This document shows, one piece after another, positions 1 to 8,248 of a stretch of DNA of 14,274 nt. Position numbers and translations under genes: made by a program. The notes beneath the pieces were generated by a model. That model did no database searches. It saw only the letters and a list, made by a program, of their open reading frames with translations, and had not been told where the DNA came from. The DNA comes from Dehalococcoidia bacterium (lineage in GTDB: Bacteria; Chloroflexota; Dehalococcoidia; Dehalococcoidales; UBA1222). The DNA lies in assembly GCA_009776515.1 (NCBI GenBank), contig WRNP01000034.1, positions 1-14,274 of the forward strand, read 5' to 3'. The number at the start of each line of letters is the position of its first letter. Within the stretch, counting starts at the first letter, position 1.

Positions 1-1328
1 TTCGCCGTACAAACTGCCTGCCGGGTATACTGGGTCGTACCTGTGTGGCTTTCTGCGAGAAGAACTGTGTACGGGGCGACATCGACCAGCCGCTGGCCAT
101 CCGCGCCTTAAAGCGCCTGCCAGCCGAGTATGGTATCACCAAGCTCACTCCAGAAAAGGTGAGTAAGAAAGAAAAGGTAGCCGTGGTGGGTAGCGGCCCG
201 GCAGGCATGGTGGCCGCCGACTATTTAGCGCACCAGGGATATCAAGTCTATCTTATAGATGAAGAGTCCGAACCGGGCGGCATGACCGCCGCAGGTATCC
301 CATCGTACAGATTGCCGCGTCGGGTTATAAATAATGAATTTGACATAATCAAAAGTGCCGGTGTGCAGTACAAACCGAGCACACGTGTTGGCCATGCTGA
401 AGACCTAATGCTGAATGTGAAAGCAGTGCTGGTGGCCTCCGGGGCTCACCAGAGCAAAGATGCGGGCATCGCGGGTTGGAGCCAGAACTGCCAGGGATGC
501 CTGGAAGGAGTACAGTATCTACGGCTGGCCAATGCCGGGAAAGATGCCCCACCCGCAGAAAGGGTCATTGTGGTAGGCGGCGGCAATACCGCCATCGACT
601 GTGCCCGCACCGCAGTGCGCCTGGGTGCTAAGGAGGTCACGGTGGTCTACCGGCGCTCCCGTACCGAGATGCCAGCTCGTGCCGATGAGGTGGAAGCTGC
701 CAAGAAAGAGGGGGTCAAATTCCATTTTCTGGCACTGCCGCTGAAGCTCCTTGCCGATAATAATAAGGTTACGGGGGCTGAATGTCAGCGCATGGAACTT
801 GGTGAACCCGATGCCAGCGGACGCCGCCGCCCAGTACCGGCGGCAGGTTCGGAGTTCGTTATTCCCGCCGAGTTGGTGCTGACGGCCATCGGCGAACAGC
901 CGGAGCTTTCTTTTTTGCCCAAGGGCAAGGTGGCACTGACCGAATGGGGTAGCATCAAGGCTGACGAAGGAGGGCGCACCAGTCTGCCTTGGCTCTTTGC
1001 TGCAGGTGACTGCGCTACGGGGCCCGCCACCATCGTCGAGGCTATGGCAGATGCCAAGCGTGCCGCTCGCAGCCTGGATTGTTACGTCAGTAAGAGCAAG
1101 GATTCCGAAGAGAAGCCGCTGGGAGAACTTTTGCACGAGCTCGGACTGGTGCGCAAGCGCTACGGCTCCACGCCCTCCGTTCAGCTGCGCCAGCATCCGC
1201 AAGAGATTCATCTTAAGGAGCGCACGGCTACGTTCGATGAAGTGGAGCAGTGCTTCACCCCAGAGGCAGCCAGCAAAGAGGCCGCCCGTTGCCTAAGATG
1301 CTACCGGGTGATGATTGCGGTAACGTAA
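1..1328 (+). CDS. GltD-like NAD(P)H-dependent FAD oxidoreductase (glutamate synthase small-subunit / DPD-subunit-A family). It is 5'-partial: the reading frame is open to the window edge.
   Basis: The frame is open from nt 3 with no stop, so the true start lies upstream. There is an N-terminal Cys-rich Fe-S motif (RTCVAFCEKNCVRGD), a Rossmann dinucleotide motif VAVVGSGPAGM, and a second Rossmann motif VIVVGGGNTAIDCA. Overall collinearity with GltD-family proteins is judged from memory. Confidence 0.85.
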   Translation, partial: RRTNCLPGILGRTCVAFCEKNCVRGDIDQPLAIRALKRLPAEYGITKLTPEKVSKKEKVAVVGSGPAGMVAADYLAHQGYQVYLIDEESEPGGMTAAGIPSYRLPRRVINNEFDIIKSAGVQYKPSTRVGHAEDLMLNVKAVLVASGAHQSKDAGIAGWSQNCQGCLEGVQYLRLANAGKDAPPAERVIVVGGGNTAIDCARTAVRLGAKEVTVVYRRSRTEMPARADEVEAAKKEGVKFHFLALPLKLLADNNKVTGAECQRMELGEPDASGRRRPVPAAGSEFVIPAELVLTAIGEQPELSFLPKGKVALTEWGSIKADEGGRTSLPWLFAAGDCATGPATIVEAMADAKRAARSLDCYVSKSKDSEEKPLGELLHELGLVRKRYGSTPSVQLRQHPQEIHLKERTATFDEVEQCFTPEAASKEAARCLRCYRVMIAVT

Positions 1329-1361
1329 GGAACTCTCGAATGCGAAATAAAGGGGATAACT

Positions 1362-2081
1362 ATGTCTAAGTTAACCATTGATGGTAAAACCGTAGAGGCC
1401 GCTGAGGGTACTACCATCTTAGCAGCTGCCAATAAGAGCGGGGTTGATATTCCCACTCTGTGCTATAACGAGGAGCTTTCGCCCGCTGGAGCCTGTCGGC
1501 TTTGTGTGGTGGAAGTCGTAAACGGCCAAGCGTGCGCCCTTATGACTGCCTGTGATAACCCTGTTTCTGAGGGCATGACCATAGACACTAATTCGCCTAG
1601 AGCGCTGGATGCTCGCCGTCTGGCCACTGAGGTGTTGCTTGCTCAAAGGCCAACCTCGAAAAAACTCCAAGATATCGCTCGCCGCCTAGGCCTTGATGAA
1701 CCACGCTTCACCTTGCCGCAGCAGGAGTGCATCTTGTGCCGACAGTGTACTCGCACTTGTCAGGAAGTGGTGGGGGTCGGGGCTGTCAGTTTCATAATGC
1801 GCGGACTGGGACGTGAGGTTGAACCACGGGTGATCTTCGATGCTGAGCGCTGCATCGCCTGTGGTTCGTGTGCCTACATCTGTCCAACTGAAGCCATCAA
1901 ACTCACCGATGCTGGCGGCAAGCGCACCCTTATGACACCATCCGGCAAAATGGAGTTTTGCCTAAAGGCCTGCGGGCATTGTGGGGCCTACTTTGCCCCC
2001 GAGAAGCAACTTGTCTATATGGCTCGGCAATCGGGACTGCCCCAAGAAAAGTTCGACCTGTGCCTGAACTGCCGTGATTAG
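1362..2081 (+). CDS. Standalone iron-sulfur electron-transfer protein with a 2Fe-2S ferredoxin N-domain and 4Fe-4S cluster motifs. It resembles the N-terminal ~240 aa of NuoG, FdhA or HymC.
   Basis: The N-terminus 'KLTIDGKTVEAAEGTTILAAANKSGVDIPTLCYNEELSPAGACRLCVVEV' matches the 2Fe-2S domain of NuoG-type subunits. Later Cys clusters are CILCRQCTRTC and CIACGSCAYICP (ferredoxin-type CxxCxxCxxxCP), followed by CGHCG. An RBS-like 'aaagggga' precedes the ATG, and the gene lies 33 nt after the GltD-like stop, which suggests an operon. Confidence 0.8.
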   Translation: MSKLTIDGKTVEAAEGTTILAAANKSGVDIPTLCYNEELSPAGACRLCVVEVVNGQACALMTACDNPVSEGMTIDTNSPRALDARRLATEVLLAQRPTSKKLQDIARRLGLDEPRFTLPQQECILCRQCTRTCQEVVGVGAVSFIMRGLGREVEPRVIFDAERCIACGSCAYICPTEAIKLTDAGGKRTLMTPSGKMEFCLKACGHCGAYFAPEKQLVYMARQSGLPQEKFDLCLNCRD

Positions 2082-2145
2082 CTTTGCTGAAGTGGCAAAT
2101 GACTGATATACTTAAGACTATTCCCATTTCTCGGGAATAGTGAAC

Positions 2146-2175
2146 GGCGGATTTGTAAGCCGCCTGGATTTGGGG
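2146..2175 (+). terminator. Candidate intrinsic terminator: a GGCGG-N8-GCCGCC hairpin followed by TGGATTTGG.
   Basis: An inverted repeat ggcgg/gccgcc is followed by a short T-run, downstream of the Fe-S protein gene. A second hairpin (attccc-N7-gggaat) lies just upstream at 2120-2138. Confidence 0.3.
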
Positions 2176-2180
2176 TCGTG

Positions 2181-2257
2181 CGGGGTGTAGCGCAGTTGGC
2201 TAGCGCGCAGCGTTTGGGACGCTGAGGTCGGAGGTTCAAATCCTCTCACCCCGACCA
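2181..2257 (+). tRNA. tRNA-Pro (anticodon TGG), 3' CCA encoded.
   Basis: Manual fold: acceptor CGGGGTG/CACCCCG, D-arm GCGC-AGTTGGCTA-GCGC, anticodon stem CAGCG/CGCTG with loop TTTGGGA (anticodon TGG), variable loop AGGTC, T-arm GGAGG-TTCAAAT-CCTCT, discriminator A, then CCA. Confidence 0.9.
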
Positions 2258-2283
2258 TATTTTGGGGGATTGAGGCCATAGGC

Positions 2284-2952
2284 ATGGCAAAGAAACTGCT
2301 CAGCTGTCTCTTCATTGCTTGCGTTGCATTAATGTCTTGCACCTCTGGCATGCCAGAAGATTCGAATACTCCGGTGTCCAGCCCATCGGAGGGTAGCTTT
2401 TTTCTTAACGTTACTGCTGGTACGGGCGGCAGCATTGCAGCCGGAGCAGCGCAATTCATTAGCGGCACCTACCTTGAGGGGGCAGAAATAGGGCTACCGA
2501 GCTTGCGCTCTGATCCGGAGTCCAGATTTGTATTTGATAAGTGGGTGGTCTATTCAAGCGATTTTGCAGTCTTGCGGACCATTGATCAAATGAACGCCGT
2601 GTTTATTATGCCGCCGTATGACGTGACCGTGGTAGCCACGTTTAAAGAATTGAGCGACTTATTTAACCTTACTATCATTGTTGATGAAGCGCGAGGTTAT
2701 TTTGCAGAGGGAACGGCATCGCTTATTAGCGGCGACTATTATAAAGGGACAACTATAAAACTGCCGACAGCATATCCCTATTCGGGTTTTGTATTTGCAA
2801 AATGGGTGGCTTACTCGAGTGACCATAACGTCTTGTGGAATACTTATATTCAAGACGCTGAGCTTATAATGCCTCCCCGTGATCTAATCTTAATCGCAGA
2901 ATTTGAAGGCGAAAGCATTTGGACACCTCCGGTAACGTCGCTTTATTACTAG
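2284..2952 (+). CDS. Lipoprotein with two tandem ~90-aa internal repeats (Listeria-Bacteroides/InlB B-repeat-like).
   Basis: The signal peptide MAKKLLSCLFIACVALMSC has a lipobox-like LMSC. Repeat 1 is ...FVFDKWVVYSSDFAVL...MPPYDVTVVATFKE and repeat 2 is ...FVFAKWVAYSSDHNVL...MPPRDLILIAEFE. Confidence 0.7.
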   Translation: MAKKLLSCLFIACVALMSCTSGMPEDSNTPVSSPSEGSFFLNVTAGTGGSIAAGAAQFISGTYLEGAEIGLPSLRSDPESRFVFDKWVVYSSDFAVLRTIDQMNAVFIMPPYDVTVVATFKELSDLFNLTIIVDEARGYFAEGTASLISGDYYKGTTIKLPTAYPYSGFVFAKWVAYSSDHNVLWNTYIQDAELIMPPRDLILIAEFEGESIWTPPVTSLYY

Positions 2953-3231
2953 ATTTAGTTAGCTCAATAGGCTTGTGTAAATAACGATCAAGCCTGGAAG
3001 ATTGCTAACAAAGACCGCCATCTGCTTAAAAGGCAATCTATGCCAGAGAATATGCAGTTTGCCCAATATCCCCGCTCGTAATCGTTGCCTTCAAAGCAGT
3101 AGCGCAAAGACGACTGTGGCGGGTGCCGCCGCAATGCACTGTCCACATGCCACGGCGGAAATTATGATAAGCTTTGCCTGCCCAACTCGCCATGGAGTCG
3201 GAATTTTGGTGAATGCGGGAGATAAAAGGAC

Positions 3232-3840
3232 ATGAACGAAGTATTCAGATGCTTTGGGGATACTCCGCTGTATGCGGACTACCACGACAACGAATGGGGG
3301 CGGCCGATACACGACGATAACAAGCTTTTTGAAATGCTGATTTTAGAAAGTGCGCAAGCCGGGCTTTCTTGGATAACCGTGCTAAAAAAGAGAGAAAAAT
3401 ATAGGGAGGCCTTTGATGGGTTTGACCCCAAAAAAGTTGCCCTTTATGGAGACGCGAAAATAGAAGAACTCTTGGCCAATGAGGGTATTATCAGAAATCG
3501 CCTAAAAATCAATGCAGCTATAAATGGTGCCAAGCTCTTTGTGGAGATTCAGGAAGAGTGCGGAAGTTTTGATAAGTTCATTTGGGACTACGTAGATAAT
3601 ACGCCCATTATCGGGAGCTGGGAAAAATTTGAAGATATGCCTTTAACCTCTACGGTTTCCGATAAGATCAGTAAGGATTTAAAAAAGAGGGGTTTTAAAT
3701 TTGTCGGCTCAACAATCATTTACTCTTACATGCAAGCGATCGGCATGGTCAATGACCATCTGAAGAGATGTTTTGTTTATGATGATGTATCTGCTATATC
3801 CCTTAAATGCACTGGCAAAGCACCAACCAAGAATCCGTGA
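3232..3840 (+). CDS. tag: DNA-3-methyladenine glycosylase I.
   Basis: 'DTPLYADYHDNEWGRP...KLFEMLILESAQAGLSWITVLKKREKYREAFDGFDPKKVA' is near-collinear with E. coli Tag (LYIAYHDNEWG...LFEM..LEG.QAGLSWITVLKKRENYR). The ~200-aa size fits. Confidence 0.9.
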   Translation: MNEVFRCFGDTPLYADYHDNEWGRPIHDDNKLFEMLILESAQAGLSWITVLKKREKYREAFDGFDPKKVALYGDAKIEELLANEGIIRNRLKINAAINGAKLFVEIQEECGSFDKFIWDYVDNTPIIGSWEKFEDMPLTSTVSDKISKDLKKRGFKFVGSTIIYSYMQAIGMVNDHLKRCFVYDDVSAISLKCTGKAPTKNP

Positions 3841-3933
3841 AATGTCCTAGCATAGTTCCAGTGCGTTGTTTCTAAAGGAAATGCGCAAGGTGCTATGGCG
3901 GGAGTTTGCCGCACATGATTAGTAGATGAAAAA

Positions 3934-4617
3934 ATGATTTACGATAATACAGCTGCCGGCATCTTCCTGGCTCGCCCTAACCGTTTTATTGCCCATGTTG
4001 AAATTGACGGAAGAATTGCGGTCGCTCATGTGAAAAACACGGGGCGATGCAAGGAGCTACTCGTCCCCGGTGCGCGGGTAATTTTACATAAGCAAGATAG
4101 CCCTGCGCGCAAAACGCCCTATGACCTTATCGCTGTCTGGAAAGGCGAACGTCTCATCAACATTGACAGCCAGGCCCCCAACAAAGTGTTTTGGGATTAT
4201 CTGCAATCCGGACGACACCTTGAGGGCATCATTTGCATCAAAGCGGAAGCGAAATACGGCAACTCCCGCTTTGATTTTTATGTGGAAGCCGAAGGGCGCA
4301 AAATCTTTATTGAGGTGAAGGGAGTCACCCTTGAAGAAGGAGGCGTTGCTTTATTTCCGGACGCACCCACAGTGCGGGGTGTTAAGCACCTGGGCGAATT
4401 AGCACGGTGTGTCCGGGATGGCTATGAGGCGCAGGTAGTGTTTGTTATTCAAATGAGGGATGTGGAGTATTTTACCCCTAACAACAAAATGCACTTGGCT
4501 TTCGGAGAGGCGTTGATTGCTGCCAAGCAGACCGGGGTGAAAGTTAGTGCTCTGGATTGTGTGGTTACAGAAAACAGCCTGAGCATTAGCGAAGCCATTC
4601 CGGTGAAATTGATATAA
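3934..4617 (+). CDS. sfsA: Sugar fermentation stimulation protein A family (SfsA).
   Basis: The N-terminal 'GIFLARPNRFIAHVEIDGRIAVAHVKNTGRCKELLVPGARV' matches the SfsA family consensus (RYKRFLADV...HCPNTG...). The 227-aa length fits. Confidence 0.8.
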   Translation: MIYDNTAAGIFLARPNRFIAHVEIDGRIAVAHVKNTGRCKELLVPGARVILHKQDSPARKTPYDLIAVWKGERLINIDSQAPNKVFWDYLQSGRHLEGIICIKAEAKYGNSRFDFYVEAEGRKIFIEVKGVTLEEGGVALFPDAPTVRGVKHLGELARCVRDGYEAQVVFVIQMRDVEYFTPNNKMHLAFGEALIAAKQTGVKVSALDCVVTENSLSISEAIPVKLI

Positions 4618-4648
4618 TAGAATCCAAAATTTACGGAGGTACTAACAT

Positions 4649-5041
4649 ATGCAAGCTGTACATGACTTTTTGAAGAAAACCAATACTTATTTCCTTGCCA
4701 CAGTCGAAGACGGCCAGCCCCGCGTCCGCCCTTTCGGGACGATCAACTTGTTTGAAAGCAGGCTCTACATCCAGACGGGCAAGAAAAAGTGCGTTGCAAA
4801 ACAGATTGCCGCTAACCCCAAAGTTGAACTGTGCGCTTTTGACGGTGAAACTTGGCTACGCGTTGCCGCTACCCTAGTGGAGGATAGCCGTGTGGAGGCG
4901 CAGGCAAGTATGCTGGATGCCTATCCTCAGCTTAGTGGGATGTATGCGGTGAATGATGGGAACACAGTGGTATATTATTTGAAGGATGTGGTCGCTACAT
5001 TTTACAAATTTGGTAGCGAGCCAAGAGAGGTACGATTCTGA
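4649..5041 (+). CDS. Pyridoxamine 5'-phosphate oxidase-like FMN-binding split-barrel protein (general stress protein 26-like).
   Basis: 'TYFLATVEDGQPRVRPFGT...KVELCAFDGETWLRVAATLVED' follows the typical PNPOx-like pattern. There is a strong RBS (ggagg, 9 nt upstream). Confidence 0.7.
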   Translation: MQAVHDFLKKTNTYFLATVEDGQPRVRPFGTINLFESRLYIQTGKKKCVAKQIAANPKVELCAFDGETWLRVAATLVEDSRVEAQASMLDAYPQLSGMYAVNDGNTVVYYLKDVVATFYKFGSEPREVRF

Positions 5042-5550
5042 TGTCAACATTTTTTGAATTGGCGCAAAAACGCTATTCGGTTCGCAGTTTCAAGCCACAG
5101 CCCATTGAGCCGGACAAGTTGTCCAAAATATTGGAAGCCGGGCGTATTGCGCCCACCGCATGCAATAATCAGCCGCAACGCATCAAGGTCATCACTGCGC
5201 CCGTCGACTTAGCAAAAGTTGATGAATGCACCCCTTGCCGCTTTAATGCCACAACAGTGTTGCTGGTGTGCTACGACAAAACTGTCTGCTGGGAGCGCAA
5301 GTTCGACGGTGCAACAAGCGGTGATGTAGATGCCGCAATCGTTGCCACTCATCTTGTGCTGGCAGCACAGGAGGCGGGACTCGGCACCTGCTGGGTGATG
5401 TATTTCGACCCGACGAAAACACGTGAGCTGTTTGCTCTATCGGAAAATATTGTTCCAGTGGCATTTTTGCCCATTGGTTATCCTGCGGAAGACGCCGCGC
5501 CAACGGAGAGGCATGATCAGAATATAGCATTAGATGGAATGCTCTTCTGA
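5041..5550 (+). CDS. Nitroreductase family protein.
   Basis: The N-terminal 'FELAQKRYSVRSFKPQPIEPDKLSKILEAGRIAPTACNNQPQRIKVI' is the canonical nitroreductase-fold motif (RRS.R.F....I.....IL.A...APSa.N.QPw.f.V). Its start overlaps the stop of the upstream gene (ATGA), indicating translational coupling. Confidence 0.8.
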   Translation: MSTFFELAQKRYSVRSFKPQPIEPDKLSKILEAGRIAPTACNNQPQRIKVITAPVDLAKVDECTPCRFNATTVLLVCYDKTVCWERKFDGATSGDVDAAIVATHLVLAAQEAGLGTCWVMYFDPTKTRELFALSENIVPVAFLPIGYPAEDAAPTERHDQNIALDGMLF

Positions 5551-5839
5551 AAAGCATCTCCGTACTGATGTCACCTTGCTCACAATAAGAGATCGCCAGC
5601 TTATTTGCAGGAATTGCGAGCGGTGAAAGTCGTCACGGCGGCAGTTGGAAATCGCAGCCGCATCAATCGCTAAAACTGGAGGGCCGCAGTGGGGCGTCGT
5701 GATAACAGAAGTTGCCATAGGCGCCCGCAGGTTGTTTTTATACTGTAGCGCTGCGTATTAGCGAAACGTAAGGGGTCAGTCCATACAGTACGCCGGATCC
5801 CACACGAGGCCATAAAACTTTAAAGTAAGGAGATCCTCT

Positions 5840-7267
5840 ATGGAGTGGAGCGTTTTGCTGTCAACGCAGAAATTGGCCGAAGAAGAGCCGGAACCGGAAG
5901 AATTTAAGCAATATCCTATTAATGCCTTTGAGAAAGACTACAATGAAATAGTATCAAGCGTAGTTTTTCGAAGACTGCAGGACAAGACACAGGTATTCCC
6001 TCTTGATAAAAGCGATTTTGTCAGAACGCGCCTAACCCATTCCATCGAGGTCTCCACCATTGCCAGACAAATGGGCATTATGATTTCCAAGAACACCTCC
6101 CAATATCGCCGGCAGGAAATCGGCGAGGCGGAAGAAGAGGGAATTCCATCGGTTTTGTTGTGCGCTGGCCTGCTCCATGACTTGGGGAATCCCCCATTCG
6201 GTCATTTTGGCGAAAACACCATGGCCGAATGGTTCAAAAATCAATTAGGGCTCGTAAAATACAAAGGATGCCCGGTAAGGGAAATATTATCACGCCAAAT
6301 GGTTGGAGACCTGGAGCATTTCGAGGGTAACGCTCAAACACTTAGAATCCTTGCCAAGTCCCGCTATGACTCCGAAATTAACGTTTCTGCTGCCGTTATC
6401 AGCACCTTGGTCAAATACCCTACCAACTCGTTGATGTTTAAGGGAGAGGATCCAGACGTAAAAAGGCACAAGCCGGGCTATTTCTTCGCAGAACGTGAAG
6501 CCCTCTCTGCGGTATCAAAGATCGTTGGTACCCAAAAAGATGGTTCCGAGATATACAGGCACCCGCTCACTTACATGCTGGAAGCTGCAGATGATATCGC
6601 ATATGCCACGGCGGATTTGGAAGATGCCTTTGAAAAGGGGCTGTTCACCCTCAATGAGTTTACGGAATTTTACGAATCTAACTATACCCCTGAAACAGCG
6701 GCACAAACTAAATGCCCCGAGCAGTACTCCAGCCGTCTAATCAACAATTTGAAAGATCGGCGCAGTAAGCAATCTAATGACCATAAGGTTTTTGCGGAGT
6801 GGATAGCCTATATCCGCCGCTGGCTCATGTATGTTGCGGTCTTTCGTTTTTCGAAGAGCTACGATGATATCATGTGTGGTAGTTACGCCGATGATCTGTT
6901 CTGTAATACCTACCATGCCAAGACTATCAAAATTCTAAAGGATGCCACGCGGCGCTTCGTTTTTGACTCTCCCGGTATCTTGAAACTGGAGCTTTCGGCG
7001 CAGACCATACTCTCATTTTTGCTCGGAAAATTCGTTAATGCTGCTTTATATCACGACTATGCGGAAAGTGATTTTATGCCGTCTAAGGCCGATAAGAAGT
7101 ATCTAAGTATTCTTCCCGGCAATTACAAAAATGACTACCAGGCCTCTCGCGCCGGGGACGAGGCAGTTGATCTCTATTTGCGGCTGCTTATGGTGACGGA
7201 CTATATCAGCAGCATGACCGACTCACATGCCCGCACCCTATACCGTGAACTCAGCGGCATTGAATAA
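5840..7267 (+). CDS. dgt: dGTP triphosphohydrolase-family HD-domain phosphohydrolase.
   Basis: 'VVFRRLQDKTQVFPL...RTRLTHSIEVSTIARQMG...LLHDLGNPPFGHFGE' carries the HD motif and matches the Dgt-family consensus (FRRLQ.KTQV.....R.R.THSLEV..I.R...H..HD.GHPPFGH.GE). There is a good RBS (aaggag). Confidence 0.85.
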   Translation: MEWSVLLSTQKLAEEEPEPEEFKQYPINAFEKDYNEIVSSVVFRRLQDKTQVFPLDKSDFVRTRLTHSIEVSTIARQMGIMISKNTSQYRRQEIGEAEEEGIPSVLLCAGLLHDLGNPPFGHFGENTMAEWFKNQLGLVKYKGCPVREILSRQMVGDLEHFEGNAQTLRILAKSRYDSEINVSAAVISTLVKYPTNSLMFKGEDPDVKRHKPGYFFAEREALSAVSKIVGTQKDGSEIYRHPLTYMLEAADDIAYATADLEDAFEKGLFTLNEFTEFYESNYTPETAAQTKCPEQYSSRLINNLKDRRSKQSNDHKVFAEWIAYIRRWLMYVAVFRFSKSYDDIMCGSYADDLFCNTYHAKTIKILKDATRRFVFDSPGILKLELSAQTILSFLLGKFVNAALYHDYAESDFMPSKADKKYLSILPGNYKNDYQASRAGDEAVDLYLRLLMVTDYISSMTDSHARTLYRELSGIE

Positions 7268-7438
7268 CCAATCTTATGTGCGGTTGCAAAAACCTGGTCA
7301 GCACGGGTCTTGCACGTAGGATTTCTCCCATGATATGTACTCACGAAAGGATGCTTGTCGGCATTGCCGACCGTTTAGGGGAAATGATTTTTGAAGCCGT
7401 TGACATGAATTTACCAACATAGGAAGAGCCGCAGAACT

Positions 7439-7467
7439 TTGACAAACCGATGAGCCAACCTTAAACT
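7439..7467 (+). promoter_or_regulatory. Sigma70-type promoter for tRNA-Gly: TTGACA, 17-nt spacer, TAAACT.
   Basis: A perfect -35 TTGACA (7439-7444), a 17-nt spacer, and the -10 TAAACT (7462-7467) lie ~15 nt upstream of the mature tRNA 5' end. Confidence 0.45.
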
Positions 7468-7482
7468 TAAGGCGCGTCATAA

Positions 7483-7557
7483 GCGGGAGTAACTCAGTGG
7501 TAGAGTTCCTGCCTTCCAAGCAGGCTGTCGCGGGTTCGAATCCCGTCTCCCGCTCCA
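7483..7557 (+). tRNA. tRNA-Gly (anticodon TCC), 3' CCA encoded.
   Basis: Manual fold: acceptor GCGGGAG/CTCCCGC, D-arm ACTC-AGTGGTA-GAGT, anticodon stem CCTGC/GCAGG with loop CTTCCAA (anticodon TCC), variable loop CTGTC, T-arm GCGGG-TTCGAAT-CCCGT, discriminator T, then CCA. Confidence 0.9.
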
Positions 7558-7795
7558 TTTATGGCTAACGTGAGGCAAATAAGGGCTTGCTGGCCGAAGA
7601 AATAGTGTTTGATGACAGCATACCTACACCGCTCACACAAGAATTTGGTCGACATAACCTTTGAGGACAGCCTGATTTTTGCCCCATGCTCTCAGCGGCT
7701 ATCGGCCGCTACAGACAAGCATCGCAATGCCCTCGGCGACTGCATGGTGATAGATTGCCGAGAAACAAGACTGGCGAGGTCAAAGGAGAATTATT

Positions 7796-8233
7796 ATGGC
7801 TAGCGACGACTCATATCGGTGGATGCCCACTGCAAGCGGCGTGTTAAATATTGTCTCCGGCATTCTAGGGATTTTCAGTAGCCTGGTTTTGCTCATTGTT
7901 GCCGCTGTATTCCAATACATATATAAGAGCCATCCGATAAGTATCGAAGGAGATCCCGAGGTCTTCCCCCTAGTTGCCTCAATTTTCGTTTTTGTCGGCT
8001 TAGTAATAATTATTCCATGCATCGTATCAGTTGTCGGAGGCATCTGTTCCCTAAAGCGTAAACGCTGGGGGTGGGCACTCGCAGGCTCTATTTGTTCAGT
8101 GCTGGCTTCAAATGTCTTAGGTATCGTAGCCATCATCTTCATCGTCATGTCCAAAAAAGAGTTTGATACGGGTACTAATCCACAATCTGAACCTCCCTGG
8201 AATCCACCAGACGGAACCAATCGTACAAAATAG
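7796..8233 (+). CDS. Small integral membrane protein with ~4 predicted TM helices; function unknown.
   Basis: Four hydrophobic segments: GVLNIVSGILGIFSSLVLLIVAAVF, LVASIFVFVGLVIIIPCIVSVVGGI, WALAGSICSVLASNVLGIVAIIFIV. An RBS aaaggag lies 9 nt upstream. It ends 3 nt before the next ORF. Confidence 0.55.
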   Translation: MASDDSYRWMPTASGVLNIVSGILGIFSSLVLLIVAAVFQYIYKSHPISIEGDPEVFPLVASIFVFVGLVIIIPCIVSVVGGICSLKRKRWGWALAGSICSVLASNVLGIVAIIFIVMSKKEFDTGTNPQSEPPWNPPDGTNRTK

Positions 8234-8248
8234 GGAGTGATTCTTGAT

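Noticed and set aside
519-1211. 230-aa ORF on the - strand, antisense to the GltD-like gene.
   Set aside because: It lies entirely inside a well-supported + strand CDS. It has no RBS or recognisable motif, and its composition is Ala/Gly/Arg-rich, typical of antisense frames of GC-rich coding DNA.
2118-2468. 116-aa ORF on the - strand spanning tRNA-Pro.
   Set aside because: It overlaps the tRNA gene and the lipoprotein start. The translation (GFEPPTSASQTLRASQLRYTPH) is the typical artefact of reading a tRNA antisense.
3002-3312. Two overlapping small ORFs (77 aa on +, 73 aa on -) upstream of tag.
   Set aside because: Neither has an RBS or recognisable domain. They are mutually exclusive and more likely reflect non-coding spacer sequence.
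7400-7428. Second TTGACA hexamer (7400-7405) upstream of the tRNA-Gly promoter.
   Set aside because: There is no acceptable -10 hexamer 16-19 nt downstream (gaagag or cataggis what follows), so I did not call it a second promoter.
7298-7558. 86-aa ORF on the - strand spanning tRNA-Gly.
   Set aside because: Same artefact: the GFEPATACLEGRNSTTELLP peptide is the reverse-complement translation of the tRNA.
7609-7803. 64-aa ORF on the + strand between tRNA-Gly and the 4-TM protein gene.
   Set aside because: No RBS. Its last codons overlap the clearly signalled start of the 4-TM gene (aaaggag-N9-ATG). No motif.
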